A stretch of 63,216 nt of DNA, filler included, from Octopus bimaculoides (Eukaryota): the NCBI RefSeq assembly GCF_001194135.2. It is 5 parts of 5 records of this genome, joined end to end, with 100 filler letters (N's around TTAATTAATTAA, not from the genome) between each part and the next. Parts side by side here need not be neighbours in the genome. Positions count along the whole stretch, not along the records: positions 40,300 to 52,716 come from NC_068985.1; positions 52,817 to 58,681 come from NC_068991.1; positions 58,782 to 63,216 come from NC_068986.1; 2 more parts are not named here. One strand, 5' to 3'. The translations under genes were made by a program, and so were the position numbers. The notes beneath the pieces are model-generated. The model was not told the origin of the DNA, searched no databases, and worked only from the letters and a program-made list of their open reading frames with translations. Of this stretch, positions 51,672 through 63,216 are shown in pieces; within the stretch, counting starts at the first letter, position 1; each line of letters starts with the position of its first letter.

Positions 51672-51959
51672 TACATCTGTGTATGTGTATGTGTACAACA
51701 CGAGTGAGCGTATGTGTTTCGTTTCTTTTTTATATTTGAGAAGTCTTTCCAGAAAAATAAGGCGTTGGCCCTATAAATACCTTGTGGTATCTATCTTGAT
51801 GTAAAAGGAAAGCTTTCATTACCACACCGTTCTTCATTAAAAAATGTCATTAAAATTGTGAGGCACACTGAACAAGTGTTTTCTACTATAGCCTCGGGCC
51901 GAATAACGCCTTGTGAGTGGATTTAGTAGACGGAGTCTGAAAGAATCCCGTCGCATATG

Positions 51960-52480
51960 TATTCTTTTATTCTTTTACTTGTTTAGGTAATTTGACTGCT
52001 GCCATGCAGGAGTAGCGCCTTTAGTCGAGAAAATCGACCCTAGGACGTAGTCTTTGTCAGCCTAGTACTTATTCTAACGGTGTCTTTTGCCGAACCGTTC
52101 ACGGGGACGTAAACACACTAATATCGGTTGTGAAGCGATAATGGGGGAGGAACAAACACACATACACACACATATTTATATATATATATATATATATATN
52201 NNNNNNNNNNNNNNNNNNNNNNNNNNNNNNNNNNNNNNNNNNNNNNNNNNNNNNNNNNNNNNNNNNNNNNNNNNNNNNNNNNNNNNNNNNNNNNNNNNNN
52301 NNNNNNNNNNNNNNNNNNNGACGGATTTCTTTTAGTTTCCGTCTATGAAATCCACTCACGAGGTTTTGGTTGGCCCAAGGCTATAGCAGAAGTTACTTGC
52401 CAAATTTGCCACGCAGTGGGACTGAACCCGGAACCATGTAGTTGGGAAGCAAGCTTCTTACCACAGAGCCACGCCTGTAT
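51960..52480 (-). mobile_element. Composite SINE with internal microsatellite gap
   Basis: Collinear reverse complement of 47826-48320. Confidence 0.85.
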
Positions 52481-53179
52481 GTTTCCGTGAGTGTGTGTAT
52501 GAGACTGTGCGTGTGTGTGAGTCTGTGTGTGTGCATGTGCGTGTGGGTGGGTAGGTGCGTGTATCTTTGTTTTTCCTCCACCACGTTGGGTTTTTTATGT
52601 CCCCGGCAATAACTGGCCGATGGAATAAGTAACACACTTCAAAGAAAAAGGTACTGGGGTCCATTCATTCGACTAAAAGTCGATACAGTCTAATCATACA
52701 CACACACACACACACANNNNNNNNNNNNNNNNNNNNNNNNNNNNNNNNNNNNNNNNNNNNTTAATTAATTAANNNNNNNNNNNNNNNNNNNNNNNNNNNN
52801 NNNNNNNNNNNNNNNNTATATATATATGAACACGTGTACATCTATAAATGCGTGTGCATTCACACTTATATACATCAATAGTGTCTAGCACATAACTTGA
52901 TCAGAGAACATGTGCAAAAACTGCAGCAGTAACACCGCGAAAGAGTTATTTTAGTAATTTAATAACATAAACAACTGTTAAATTCATTTTAAGTTTATTT
53001 TATGACGTTAAATTTTCGTTGCACAATTGCAAACTGATGAATTTAACAGCTTTGTGTGTTATTAAAGGGTTATAATGATTCTTCTATGTTGAGAAAAAGT
53101 TGGCATACAAGAATTAAGCCATTAGATAAGGTGTAAGGTGAAGCATATTCTTACAGCATACCGTAAACCTCGCGTAGAA

Positions 53180-55540
53180 AAATTAGCTGAAAGGTATTAT
53201 TTCTCCTCTTTCCTAACATTAAGCTCACCATAAAGTATTTGCTTAGGGATGCGCTTATCATCCATTCATATGAGATCGTCTGTCCTTCGATGTTGAGTCC
53301 TAATAGGCTTGGATTGATGTGATCCTTGCTTCAGCAAGAAACTTAGTGTTAGGAATGAGCGATGACCAGATTATTCTGAGTATGTGGCGGAAATATTTCT
53401 GCTGAATTCTTTCCAACAATTTTACATGACGCGTGAATATTGTCCAAATCTCAGAAGCATACAAAAGTGCAGAAAGAGCAAATGAGATATATACCGAGAT
53501 CTTAATATCAGCTTTGATATGGCACTGTAGCCAGGGTTTTGCTGTCCTTTGACTACCGAAAGTGATTCCCGCGTCTAGGTTTTTATCAGCATGTACCATG
53601 CCACCCAAGTATTCAAAAAAAGCCACTGCTTAAAGTACTGTACCCATAACCAGTATCAAAGGTTCATTGAATTGTTACCCAAGGGCAAGTTGATGCATTA
53701 CAACAGATTTTTTTTTCCAAATTAACTTTGGGAGCAAATATGTTACATGAAGTGTCAAATGCATTAATTAAGTTCTGTAAGCCTTGCTCAGTGTGACTTA
53801 TTAGATCACAGTCGTCCGCGTATAAAAGATCACGTACTAGAGAAGTAAAGACCTTGGATTTGAAGTTCATTTTTGTCAGGTTAAGTATATTACTCAAAGA
53901 TCAGTATCATATATAGATGCTATTTGCTGAAGTTGCAAATGTATTTAAAAGCACAGCGGTAAAATATATAGAGAAGAGTATCGATGCTTCGAGATCACCT
54001 TGCTTAAGTCCATCTTCAATTGGAAATGGTTCCAATCGGGTTCTACCAAAGATAACCCAGGCCTTCATATCTTTATGGAGAACCCTGGTTATATTCACAA
54101 ACTTTTCAGGACAGTCAAGTTTCTTCAGCACCAGCTACAGTGCATTCCTATTAACCATGTCAAAAGCTTTGCTAAGATCCACAAAGCAATGATACAAGCC
54201 TACGTTTTGTTCGTTGCTTTTCTCTTGTAGTTGTCGGATATTGAAGATAGTATCAACTGTCCCTTGAGAAGTGCAGAAGCCACATTGTGACTCCGATACA
54301 GCTCTCGGGACAATGAATTTATCAAGGAATTCTAAGAGAACACAAGAAAGCTCTTCTCCGATAAATGACAAAGATATTCTACATAAAAGAATAAGTCCTT
54401 AGGACTAGATTTATATAGGGAAATGAGAATAGCATCAACCTAGTCTTGAGACACCTCCTCTTTCCTCCACTAGTATACAAATAAGAAATGAAGTAGTTTG
54501 GTCATCCTTTCCCAACTAAATGACAAAATTTCTGAACTAATGCCATCAATACCCGAAACTTTATTATTATTGAGCCTTTTTTACAGCTGCTACAATATCA
54601 TCTAATGTTGACTCAGCAGGCGTTTCTTTGACAAAAGATGGTCGACAACTTCCTCAGTTATTCTCAAATTAACGTTTGATCATGTACTGAGAAAATCAGA
54701 ACACTTCTGTACCCATCATTTTTGTGTGGAGGGGACATCAATAAAGAGTTGGTGGTCATCAACAGATATCACTGGAGGTATAGACGCTGACAGGGCCAAA
54801 AGAGTCTCTTTTACAAAAGTAAAGAAGGCCTATCTTTACGGTCTTTAGCAGCTTCTGCGTACTTACATTTCATTTTTCGGAGACTAAACTGAATTTTTAA
54901 TTTAATAGATTTATATTCTCATGTCTTAAGATAATTTGACTTAGAATGTTTTGCTGCTTTCCAAGAAGATTAGTAATTTCCTAGTCATTGTCAATAAACC
55001 AGTCGGCTACTTTCTTAGATCTTTGGCCCGAAGTGGAAAACGCAGCATTATAGACTTATAATTTGAAATTCTCCCATGGATTTTCTTGTTCAGTTGAGAA
55101 ACTTCTTACTGTATCACAAAAACTTTGTAATAAAGTGGGAGAATTAAGGTTTGCCATGTTAATTCTCTTTGGTACGCTAGAGCCTTCCTTTCTAATTTTG
55201 GATCGGATTGTAAAATAAAACTTCTCTTTCACTAGCCTATGGTCTGTCCAGCATTCTGTTCCTCTCACAGCTCGGACTTTGCGGAGATCCTTCAAATCTG
55301 ATTTGCATAATCAATAAGGTACCAGTGCTCATGCCTTGGATCTATCCAGGTTGTTTTGTATTTATTATATATGTATTTTTTGTTTCTGCTGAAAGAAAAT
55401 GCTTGCTATCACAAGCCAATATTCAGTGATAGAAGTAAGGTGTGAGACACCATTTTGGTTACATTTTCCTACACCATGTTTACCTAAGGCCAACTATGTC
55501 ATGAAATCAGATCCAATGATTGAGTTGAAGTCACCCGTAA
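53180..55540 (-). mobile_element. RTE (BovB-like) LINE, RT and late endonuclease part, pseudogenised
   Basis: WTDHRLV, FVDLSKAFD.VNR, GLKQG....ILFSIYF, LLYADD, FEYLG, YASEIWT. Confidence 0.92.
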
Positions 55541-57332
55541 CAGTGGTCAACAATGTTTGAAAAGTTGTGTGCGTCTTAAATGAGATTAGCTAATTCTTAT
55601 GTATTTTCATGTCCTGAATCCAAATATTACCTTGAAAAATGCTTATTAGTTTTTGGCTTAAAGATATACGACATGTAATATTTGATTATTTTATTATAAC
55701 ATAAGACGTTTCATTATGCTTTAAGCTCTTGACCGTATCTACTCTTTGCCTTTTTGTTTGACGCTTATAGTGGGCTGAAGAATCACCTCTGTCAATGTCC
55801 AGCAATAGTCTGCAAGCATTGTTATGCTCTATTTGCCTTGGTACCGCTTTTCCATAGTTGAAATATCTTAGTGAAACCTTTCACTATGTTCGTCACTAAC
55901 TACCCCACATTTCACTGGAAAAAAAGTCTAAATGTGAGTCCAAAAATTGAATTTTAAGTTACATGTTACATCCCATGTTCTTGTAAGCATTGATATGGTT
56001 TTCCACCAATTCTTCATAGTTTCCTTCCTTTCTTTTTCCGAAAAATCTCATCTCCACTAACTTGAATGCTTCTCAAGCAACTTTCACCGTCTTTAAGAAG
56101 TTCTCGAATCTGAGGACCAATGAAGACTCTCTCTTTTACCTTAGCGTCGGTCAGTGTGGGGAATTTTGATGCTAAATACTTGAAGCCTTGTGAGTGGATT
56201 TGGTAGATGTAAACTGAAAGCCCGTCGTATATATATATATATATNNNNNNNNNNNNNNNNNNNNNNNNNNNNNNNNNNNNNNNNNNNNNNNNNNNNNNNN
56301 NNNNNNNNNNNNNNNNNNNNNNNNNNNNNNNNATATGTATATGTATGTGTGTGTATATGTTTGTGTGTCTGTGTTTGTCCCCCCAGCATCGCTTGACAAT
56401 CGATGCTGGTGAGTTTACGTCCCCGTAACCTAGCGGTTCGGCAAAAGAGACCGATATAATAAGTACTAGGCTTCCAAAGAATAAGTCCTGGGGTCGATTT
56501 GCTCGACTAAAGGCGGTGCTCCAGCATGGCTGCAGTCAAACGACTGAAACAAGTAAGAGTAAAGAGTAAGAGTATATGCTTTATATTCTCATAAATTTCT
56601 TTCGTATGTGATGCATAGCTCACAGGAACTGATGGTTCACTTCGTGCAGCAAGACAACTTTCAGAATAGTTTTTGATGAATCTATGAACAGCCCCCAGTG
56701 ACTGGGTTCGTATTGAATACCAAGTGCTTCCACCAGACCTTTAATATTGTAGCAGAACAATAAATCACTTTTCATTATGAAGAAATTGCTGAACTGCTGT
56801 TGACGGTCATGAAATTTTGAAATCTTCACATCAGCTGCTAGGAGATTCCATTGTTGAAGACGAGAGTCTAGCAGCTCTGCATTATTCTTAGGTAGTTGTA
56901 GATCCCTGACAAGGTCACGGAGTTCCCCTTGTGTTATGAGATGGGGTCTAGAGGAGTGTGCTTCATCAAAATTTGGTCATTCTGTAATCCAGCACTGTCA
57001 TCCTTCTCTGCTTCCTCCCCACCACTTTCTTCATCTGTCTCAAAGGATACTGAAGTTGGTGCATCAGGAACAGGTAGACCTTCTCCAGGTAGAACTGGAC
57101 GAATAGATCATGGAATGTTTGGATATTCAATGGACTCCTTTTTCTTCTTTGACAAGCCTTTTTTTTACTGCAAGTACCATGCAGAAATAACAATTGTTGG
57201 TATGGTTTGTTGGCCATACTTGAAAGGTAGAGCTAACAAACAGTTTTAACAATGATATTCATTATCAGCGACCTAAAATTAGTTGGAAATTGCTACTCAA
57301 GTCTCAGAAGCATTGTGGTTGTTGACCAATTA
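55541..57332 (-). mobile_element. Chapaev3-like (CMC) DNA transposon remnant nested in the RTE
   Basis: EYPNIP.SIRPV..GEGLPVP, WGLFIDSSKTILKVVLLH, FIGPQIRELL, GCNM.LKIQFLDSHLDFFP, SDEHSERFH.DI..MEKRYQG, MLADYCW; ends share TGGTCAACAA; TAA at 55538-55540 and 57333-57335. Confidence 0.82.
56180..56575 (+). mobile_element. Composite SINE inside the Chapaev3-like element
   Basis: AAGCCTTGTGAGTGGATTTGGTAG ... GGCGGTGCTCCAGCATGG ... GAAACAAGTAAGAG. Confidence 0.85.
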
Positions 57333-58200
57333 TAATTACTAGCTTATCAGAAACTAGCACATTTCTCACCAATTCTCCAAGTTCATTGTAGGATTGTTCA
57401 ACAGATGCGTCTGTGTATGCCATTCTGGATGTGTAAACATTTATTATTGTAATGTATCTCCTTGTTTTCAGAAGCAGATGACATGACATAATACGTTTTG
57501 AGGAATCAAAGAAACTTTTCAATAGATAAGAGAGTTTGTAACAATCATGCCAATACCTGATTCTTTCATTTGACCCTCCCCCACCCGCCACGCCTTTCCA
57601 AAAGGAAGTGTTACTAAATACCCTTTAATTGAGTTGACTACCACCATGAAGGCGTGTTTTAGAGAGGGCTACTACAACTATTAAGTATCTTTTCAACTCC
57701 TGGGCAATTAGTGCAGTTCGTTTTTCTGGTCTGACTAAAATTATCGTCAAAAACATTACGCACAGTCCAATAAACAACTTTCATAGAGTGTCTAACCGTC
57801 CCGTGCTGCCGATTGGCCACAGCTGCAACATAACGACCCAGTCTGTGGCGCATTTGGGTATCTGCTGAGCCAGACCTGTCCACCAGTTATTTCCACGACC
57901 CTATTTGCCATTTACTGAATTTTGTTTGAGGCATTTCCGATAAGTTTAGAGTGTATTGTAAGGCTACTGTCAACCACATGGTTGATGTTAACTTAACATG
58001 TAGTGTACAAGAAATACCTTTGCAGTTGGATATATATTCAGTGGACATAACTTGCATGGAGCTACTCCACTTCTTGACCAAAGGAAATGTCATTGGTGAC
58101 ATATGGCATAACAAAACCAAGAACTTCAAGGACCTCAGGGCTTTATTTCAGTGCTTACCATCTCCTAAACTAATTGCCTTAACCAAGCTGTAGAATCTAG
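57333..58200 (-). mobile_element. RTE LINE 5' part (endonuclease N-terminus and probable 5' UTR)
   Basis: W.VRNV, TALIAQELKRY, ALSKTRL, FWKG, IINVY, YNELGELV..V..SDKLVI; continues into GDFN at ~55530 after removing the insertion. Confidence 0.8.
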
Positions 58201-58781
58201 TCTACCCTATGAGTCAGAGATTACTGCCATTGTAAGAAGATTCTCAGCTATCAGATTCCTAATATTATATCAGAGTTATATCAAAATTATCACATAATGA
58301 TATACAATAAGATAATAACGATTTACACTTTTTTCCGGGCGATTGTGGAACGCCGCACGCACACACACACACACACACGCACGCACGCACGCACGCACGT
58401 ATGTGTGTGTATGTGCGTGTATATGGATGTGTATACATGTGTATATATGTGGGTGTGTATATGTGTGTATATATATATATATTTATGTATGTAGGTGTGT
58501 GTATAGGTATTTGTATGTATATGTGTATATATGTGTATATATGTATGTTTATGTATGTATGTGTATATGTGTGTATATATATGTATGAATGCATATGTAT
58601 ATATATGTGTGTTTATGTTTGTGTGTATGGGTATGTGTATATGTATAGATGTGTGTATGCATATATATGTATATATATATANNNNNNNNNNNNNNNNNNN
58701 NNNNNNNNNNNNNNNNNNNNNNNNNTTAATTAATTAANNNNNNNNNNNNNNNNNNNNNNNNNNNNNNNNNNNNNNNNNNNN

Positions 58782-59516
58782 AGTTTCAAATATAAGATGT
58801 TTTTGAAAGACACTATATTCTATAATAAGATTATATATACTTTCTCACATAACAATTAAAATATATTTATTTTAAATCATTTATTTATTTTAAATCGTTC
58901 ACCTTTCTCCCCCCTCTCACTCTCACACATACGCACATATACTACTTTGGGAGCGAAAGAGTTTTGTTTATATTTCACAACTATGAAACAAAAACGTATG
59001 TAACAATTTATCAGTCACCCCACCCCCCGTTTTTCGGACCACAAAAAGGGTTCGGTAATTTTTCAGATTAACACCCGCACGATTTCCACTAAGGTGTTAC
59101 GGTTAGGATTAGGATTAAGGTTAGGGTTACGGTTTTAGGGTCAGAGTTAGGGTTAAGGGTTAGTGTTAGAGTTAACCTAGAAGGGACAGGCCACTTATTT
59201 TTTGGTTAAGGTTGTTGGTAAGCTTTCCTAAGCTACTCCAATCCAGATCCCCAATCCAAACCTTCAGATCAACCTTCTCCTATACAGATCTCTAATGCAA
59301 CAGTTAAAAAAAGAGTCAATGAGTGAAAATAACCAATAAACTGATTCCTTATGGGATTTCCCAATCAAATTGCCAGCAAACCATTTTCAGCCAAACCAAT
59401 TTCAACGGATATCGCTCAAATCTGATGTCGATGTTACTTATTTTGGTTTGAAATAAAGCACTTAATCATTTAATAATCCTAGCTTAATCCCGAGCAGCGC
59501 CGGACTATACTGCTAG
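58782..59516 (+). mobile_element. Non-autonomous Helitron-like element (3' end)
   Basis: GC-rich imperfect hairpin TCCCGAGCAGCGCCGGA followed ~10 nt later by CTAG|T; 5' end probably lost in the gap. Confidence 0.55.
59096..59175 (+). repeat. Degenerate (TTAGGG)n-like tract
   Basis: GGTTAGGATTAGGATTAAGGTTAGGGTTACGGTTTTAGGGTCAGAGTTAGGGTTAAGGGTTAG. Confidence 0.75.
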
Positions 59517-59699
59517 TCTCTCGATAAAATAACCTGTTTCACACAAATTATTTTTGTATTTTTTCTTCTTGGTCTTCTTCGTATAGAGAAATGGAAAATT
59601 AAGGAATGTAGCTTCATTGTTAAAGAAGATCCATAAGATGGATGAGATACAAAAATAAACAAATAAACAATATAGTGAAAAAAGACAATAAGATTATAT

Positions 59700-60230
59700 A
59701 AGGTACACATGATTTTAAAATATCTTCTGTAGTAGATATCCTAAATATTCTAACTGAAATATTCTTAACTAATCTCCGTATTATTGAGGGCAGATGGTTG
59801 GATACTGCATTAATATACGTAATTTTATCATTAGGGTCATGAAAATGTTCACACAACCCAGTATAAAGACTGAAAGCAACGCCAAGAGTGTTAATTCTAC
59901 AGTAATTTTTCCATAGTGATGTTCAATCCGAAGTGCTTAAATAGTCTAAACAATTATTTTTTATGCCTTTTTTGTTGTACTTTATTCATAAATAGAGCGT
60001 CATCCCTATATAGAACTTCACTGATTTTCGGAAACGATGATAGGATTATCAAAAGGACACATTTTACGACTAAGTCTGTAACTTGTGCAGATTCAGATTA
60101 TCCTATAGATATGTCGAATGCATTCTCTCTTCCTGACCTATTTCAGAATTTACTATCAAAATGTACTAAAGTGGCCGCATTGCAATTTTAATGTCTCTTT
60201 TAAGTCGGGACATCTGAGTTTTTCATACTA
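59700..60230 (-). mobile_element. Penelope-like reverse transcriptase remnant
   Basis: AFDISIG..SAQVTDLV, LYRDDAL, YINAVSNHLPSIIRRL.KNISVRI. Confidence 0.8.
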
Positions 60231-60337
60231 TAAATCTTATTTGACGTCGATCGGCCTAATAGTAGCGACACATTTATATACCCACAAACACGCGCAAACA
60301 CACAGAGACACACACACACACACAAACACACGCACAC

Positions 60338-60433
<96 letters not shown>

Positions 60434-60539
60434 AGAGAATACAGACAAACGTTTCTACTTGTATCGCCCCCTTCCCCTATTCTATGAATTAGAAAACAGT
60501 TACTAGTTTGATCATTTTCAATTACATTTATTCTTTCAG

Positions 60540-60618
60540 ATGATTATGACACGACTATTTCCTTTTTGCTTCTTGTTTTTGATAGCATTAACAGCTATTA
60601 TAGAAGCAAATGAACGGG
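60540..60618 (+). CDS. Signal-peptide exon of a second secreted-protein gene (MIMTRLFPFCFLFLIALTAIIEANER-G)
   Basis: Acceptor TTATTCTTTCAG directly before ATG, hydrophobic core, I-E-A cleavage-type site, phase-1 donor G|GTAAGT; next exon not identified. Confidence 0.6.
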
Positions 60619-60818
60619 GTAAGTTTCCAATTAGATATAACACACTGAATAATTAATTCTTTGTAAATTGCCTGACAACCAATTCTTTCATCGATTTAAT
60701 CAATCAAACTTTTGGTGCTTCTGTGTTACACCCATCGATATTTGATTTCCGTTGTAACAAATTCATAATATGTATACGTATTTGCATGTATGTATAAATA
60801 TACCTACATATATAAACG

Positions 60819-60867
<49 letters not shown>

Positions 60868-61416
60868 NNNNNNNNNNNNNNNNNNNNNNNNNNNNNNNNN
60901 NNNNNNNNNNNNNNNNNNNNNNNNNNNNNNNNNNNNNNNNNNNNNNNNNNNNNNNNNNNNNNNNNNNNNNNNNNNNNNNNNNNNNNNNNNNNNNNNNNNN
61001 NNNNNNNNNNNNNNNNNNNNNNNNNNNNNNNNNNNNNNNNNNNNNNNNNNNNNNNNNNNNNNNNNNNNNNNNNNNNNNNNNNNNNNNNNNNNNNNNNNNN
61101 NNNNNNNNNNNNNNNNNNNNNNNNNNNNNNNNNNNNNNNNNNNNNNNNNNNNNNNNNNNNNNNNNNNNNNNNNNNNNNNNNNNNNNNNNNNNNNNNNNNN
61201 NNNNNNNNNNNNNNNNNNNNNNNNNNNNNNNNNNNNNNNNNNNNNNNNNNNNNNNNNNNNNNNNNNNNNNNNNNNNNNNNNNNNNNNNNNNNNNNNNNNN
61301 NNNNNNNNNNNNNNNNNNNNNNNNNNNNNNNNNNNNNNNNNNNNNNNNNNNNNNNNNNNNNNNNNNNNNNNNNNNNNNNNNNNNNNNNNNNNNNNNNNNN
61401 NNNNNNNNNNNNNNNN

Positions 61417-61455
<39 letters not shown>

Positions 61456-61479
61456 ATGTATATATAGAGAGAGGGACCG

Positions 61480-61960
61480 GGAGGAGAATGGAGTTTGCAA
61501 ATTACTTTGATAAATGGTTTGTTTACAATTGTTTCATCTATTTCAATTATAACCAATCTTGCCTTATTTTGCAAGAATGTCGACAACTATTAATATATTC
61601 CCGTACACTGAGCAAGAGTTCCTTCCTAGTAATTGGTAAAATCAATTAATCTCTACTTAGAAAATGATAGGCCGATTGATATTGCAACTTTGCCAATAAG
61701 CTCCTTCGAACAATTCAGCAGTACCCGGTTCTAACTAATCATATCAATACCAGACATATAAAGGAAGAAATCCGGTAAATAAGGTGGAATGGTAGTAGGA
61801 AGAATTTGATTAGATAATTTGTTCTGTTCTTCCTTGAGAATTCTGTTTGTCATTACAAGAGTACGTCCATCTTTGTCACCTTCTATAAAGGAGTCGGCTA
61901 GATTGCTGGCTTTGACTATCGTGCATTCCAAGGCAGACGCAAAGATGGTCAGATGCTTCA
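61480..61960 (-). mobile_element. Possible Merlin (IS1595-like) transposase remnant
   Basis: VIIEIDETIVNK resembles the IVEIDE catalytic motif; upstream decayed DFTNY.E...C; many stops. Confidence 0.35.
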
Positions 61961-62789
61961 TCATCAATTTTATGTCTGAACATCAATGTGTTTACATTTA
62001 TACTGAAGCTATCAACGTAGATAAATTGCTCTAGTAAAGCAATTAATTACCTTCATTTATTCTCGCATACATTTTACGCACGCAACTATGCATTATAATA
62101 ATTATACTAAATATACACAGACACCACTGCTTGTCTACTTACACTCACGCACAAAGTAACATACACATGTAGACACACACACACATATCTGAGTGCATTC
62201 GTACATATATAAATGTCAATATGGGATGTGATACTTCTTCAGTTTCCTGAATATCTGCTTATATTTTTAGGAATAACTACTCTAATATATAATCTATTCT
62301 TGGCTACAATAGCGACAACATGGATTTCTTCCATCTTCTTGTTCTGTTAAAGTATTTGAGAAAAAATAATTATTTATTTGTGCAGCTGATGATAGCCCTG
62401 CATTTAAATTGATGTAATGATTTTATTGTTCAATTAAATGGAGCCACTTGAAACGGTCATACTGCATCACTTATTGATATCCTGTNNNNNNNNNNNNNNN
62501 NNNNNNNNNNNNNNNNNNNNNNNNNNNNNNNNNNNNNNNNNNNNNNNNNNNNNNNNNNNNNNNNNNNNNNNNNNNNNNNNNNNNNNNNNNNNNNNNNNNN
62601 NNNNNNNNNNNNNNNNNNNNNNNNNNNNNNNNNNNNNNNNNNNNNNNNNNNNNNNNNNNNNNNNNNNNNNNNNNNNNNNNNNNNNNNNNNNNNNNNNNNN
62701 NNNNNNNNNNNNNNNNNNNNNNNNNNNNNNNNNNNNNNNNNNNNNNNNNNNNNNNNNNNNNNTATATGTATGTATATTCTTTTGTGCTT

Positions 62790-63140
62790 TTAATTGTTTA
62801 GTAATTTTGACTGCGGCAATTTTGAAACACCGACTTGAAGGGCTTTAGTCGAAGAAATGTACCTCAGGGCTTAGTCTTTGTAAGCCTAGTACTTACTTTA
62901 CTTTATTATTAACACTTTTGCCGGACCGCTAGGTTACGGGGACATCGACACACCGGCATATATATGTATATGTACGAGCGGCTCCTTTTAGTTTCTGTTT
63001 ACCAAATCCACTCACACGTCTTTGGTTGGCCCGAAGCTATAACGGATGACACTTTCCTAAGGTGCCACGAAGTGAGACTGAACCTAGAACCATGTGGTTG
63101 GGAAGCAAGCTTCTTACACTACACAGTCACGCCTGCGATA
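62790..63140 (-). mobile_element. Composite SINE
   Basis: GACTGCGGC tail ... GGTGCCACGAAGTGAGACTGAACC ... GGGAAGCAAGCTTCTTAC head. Confidence 0.8.
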
Positions 63141-63216
63141 TATATATACATACATACATACATACATGCATACATACATACATACATACATATATATGTA
63201 TGTATATATATATATA

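Overview
AT-rich, microsatellite- and SINE-dense animal genomic DNA with many N gaps. The SINE families suggest a cephalopod, probably Octopus (inference). There is no prokaryotic system or CRISPR array, and almost all ORF-track entries are gap read-throughs or microsatellite translations. The best-supported gene is a three-coding-exon + strand gene (29788/29814-29854, 33489-33624, 35654-35726; AATAAA 35766). It encodes a ~85-90 aa secreted single-domain Kazal protein with an atypical, very hydrophobic 8-residue binding loop. Further exon-level evidence points to a minus-strand PAN/apple-like terminal exon (51151-51380) and a signal-peptide exon (60540-60618). A near-complete U6 snRNA copy (minus, 20437-20536) is fused at its 3' end to a retroposon tail and flanked by a likely target-site duplication, i.e. 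a candidate U6-retroposon chimera. The rest is layered mobile DNA: tRNA-derived SINEs, RTE/CR1/Penelope remnants, Tc1/mariner, Chapaev3-like (nested in an RTE with a TAA duplication), piggyBac/hAT/pogo-like MITEs, a Helitron-like end and a 130-bp foldback. CpG content rises sharply to the right of about 22.7-25 kb. TE coordinates are approximate and family names come from recalled motifs, not database searches.
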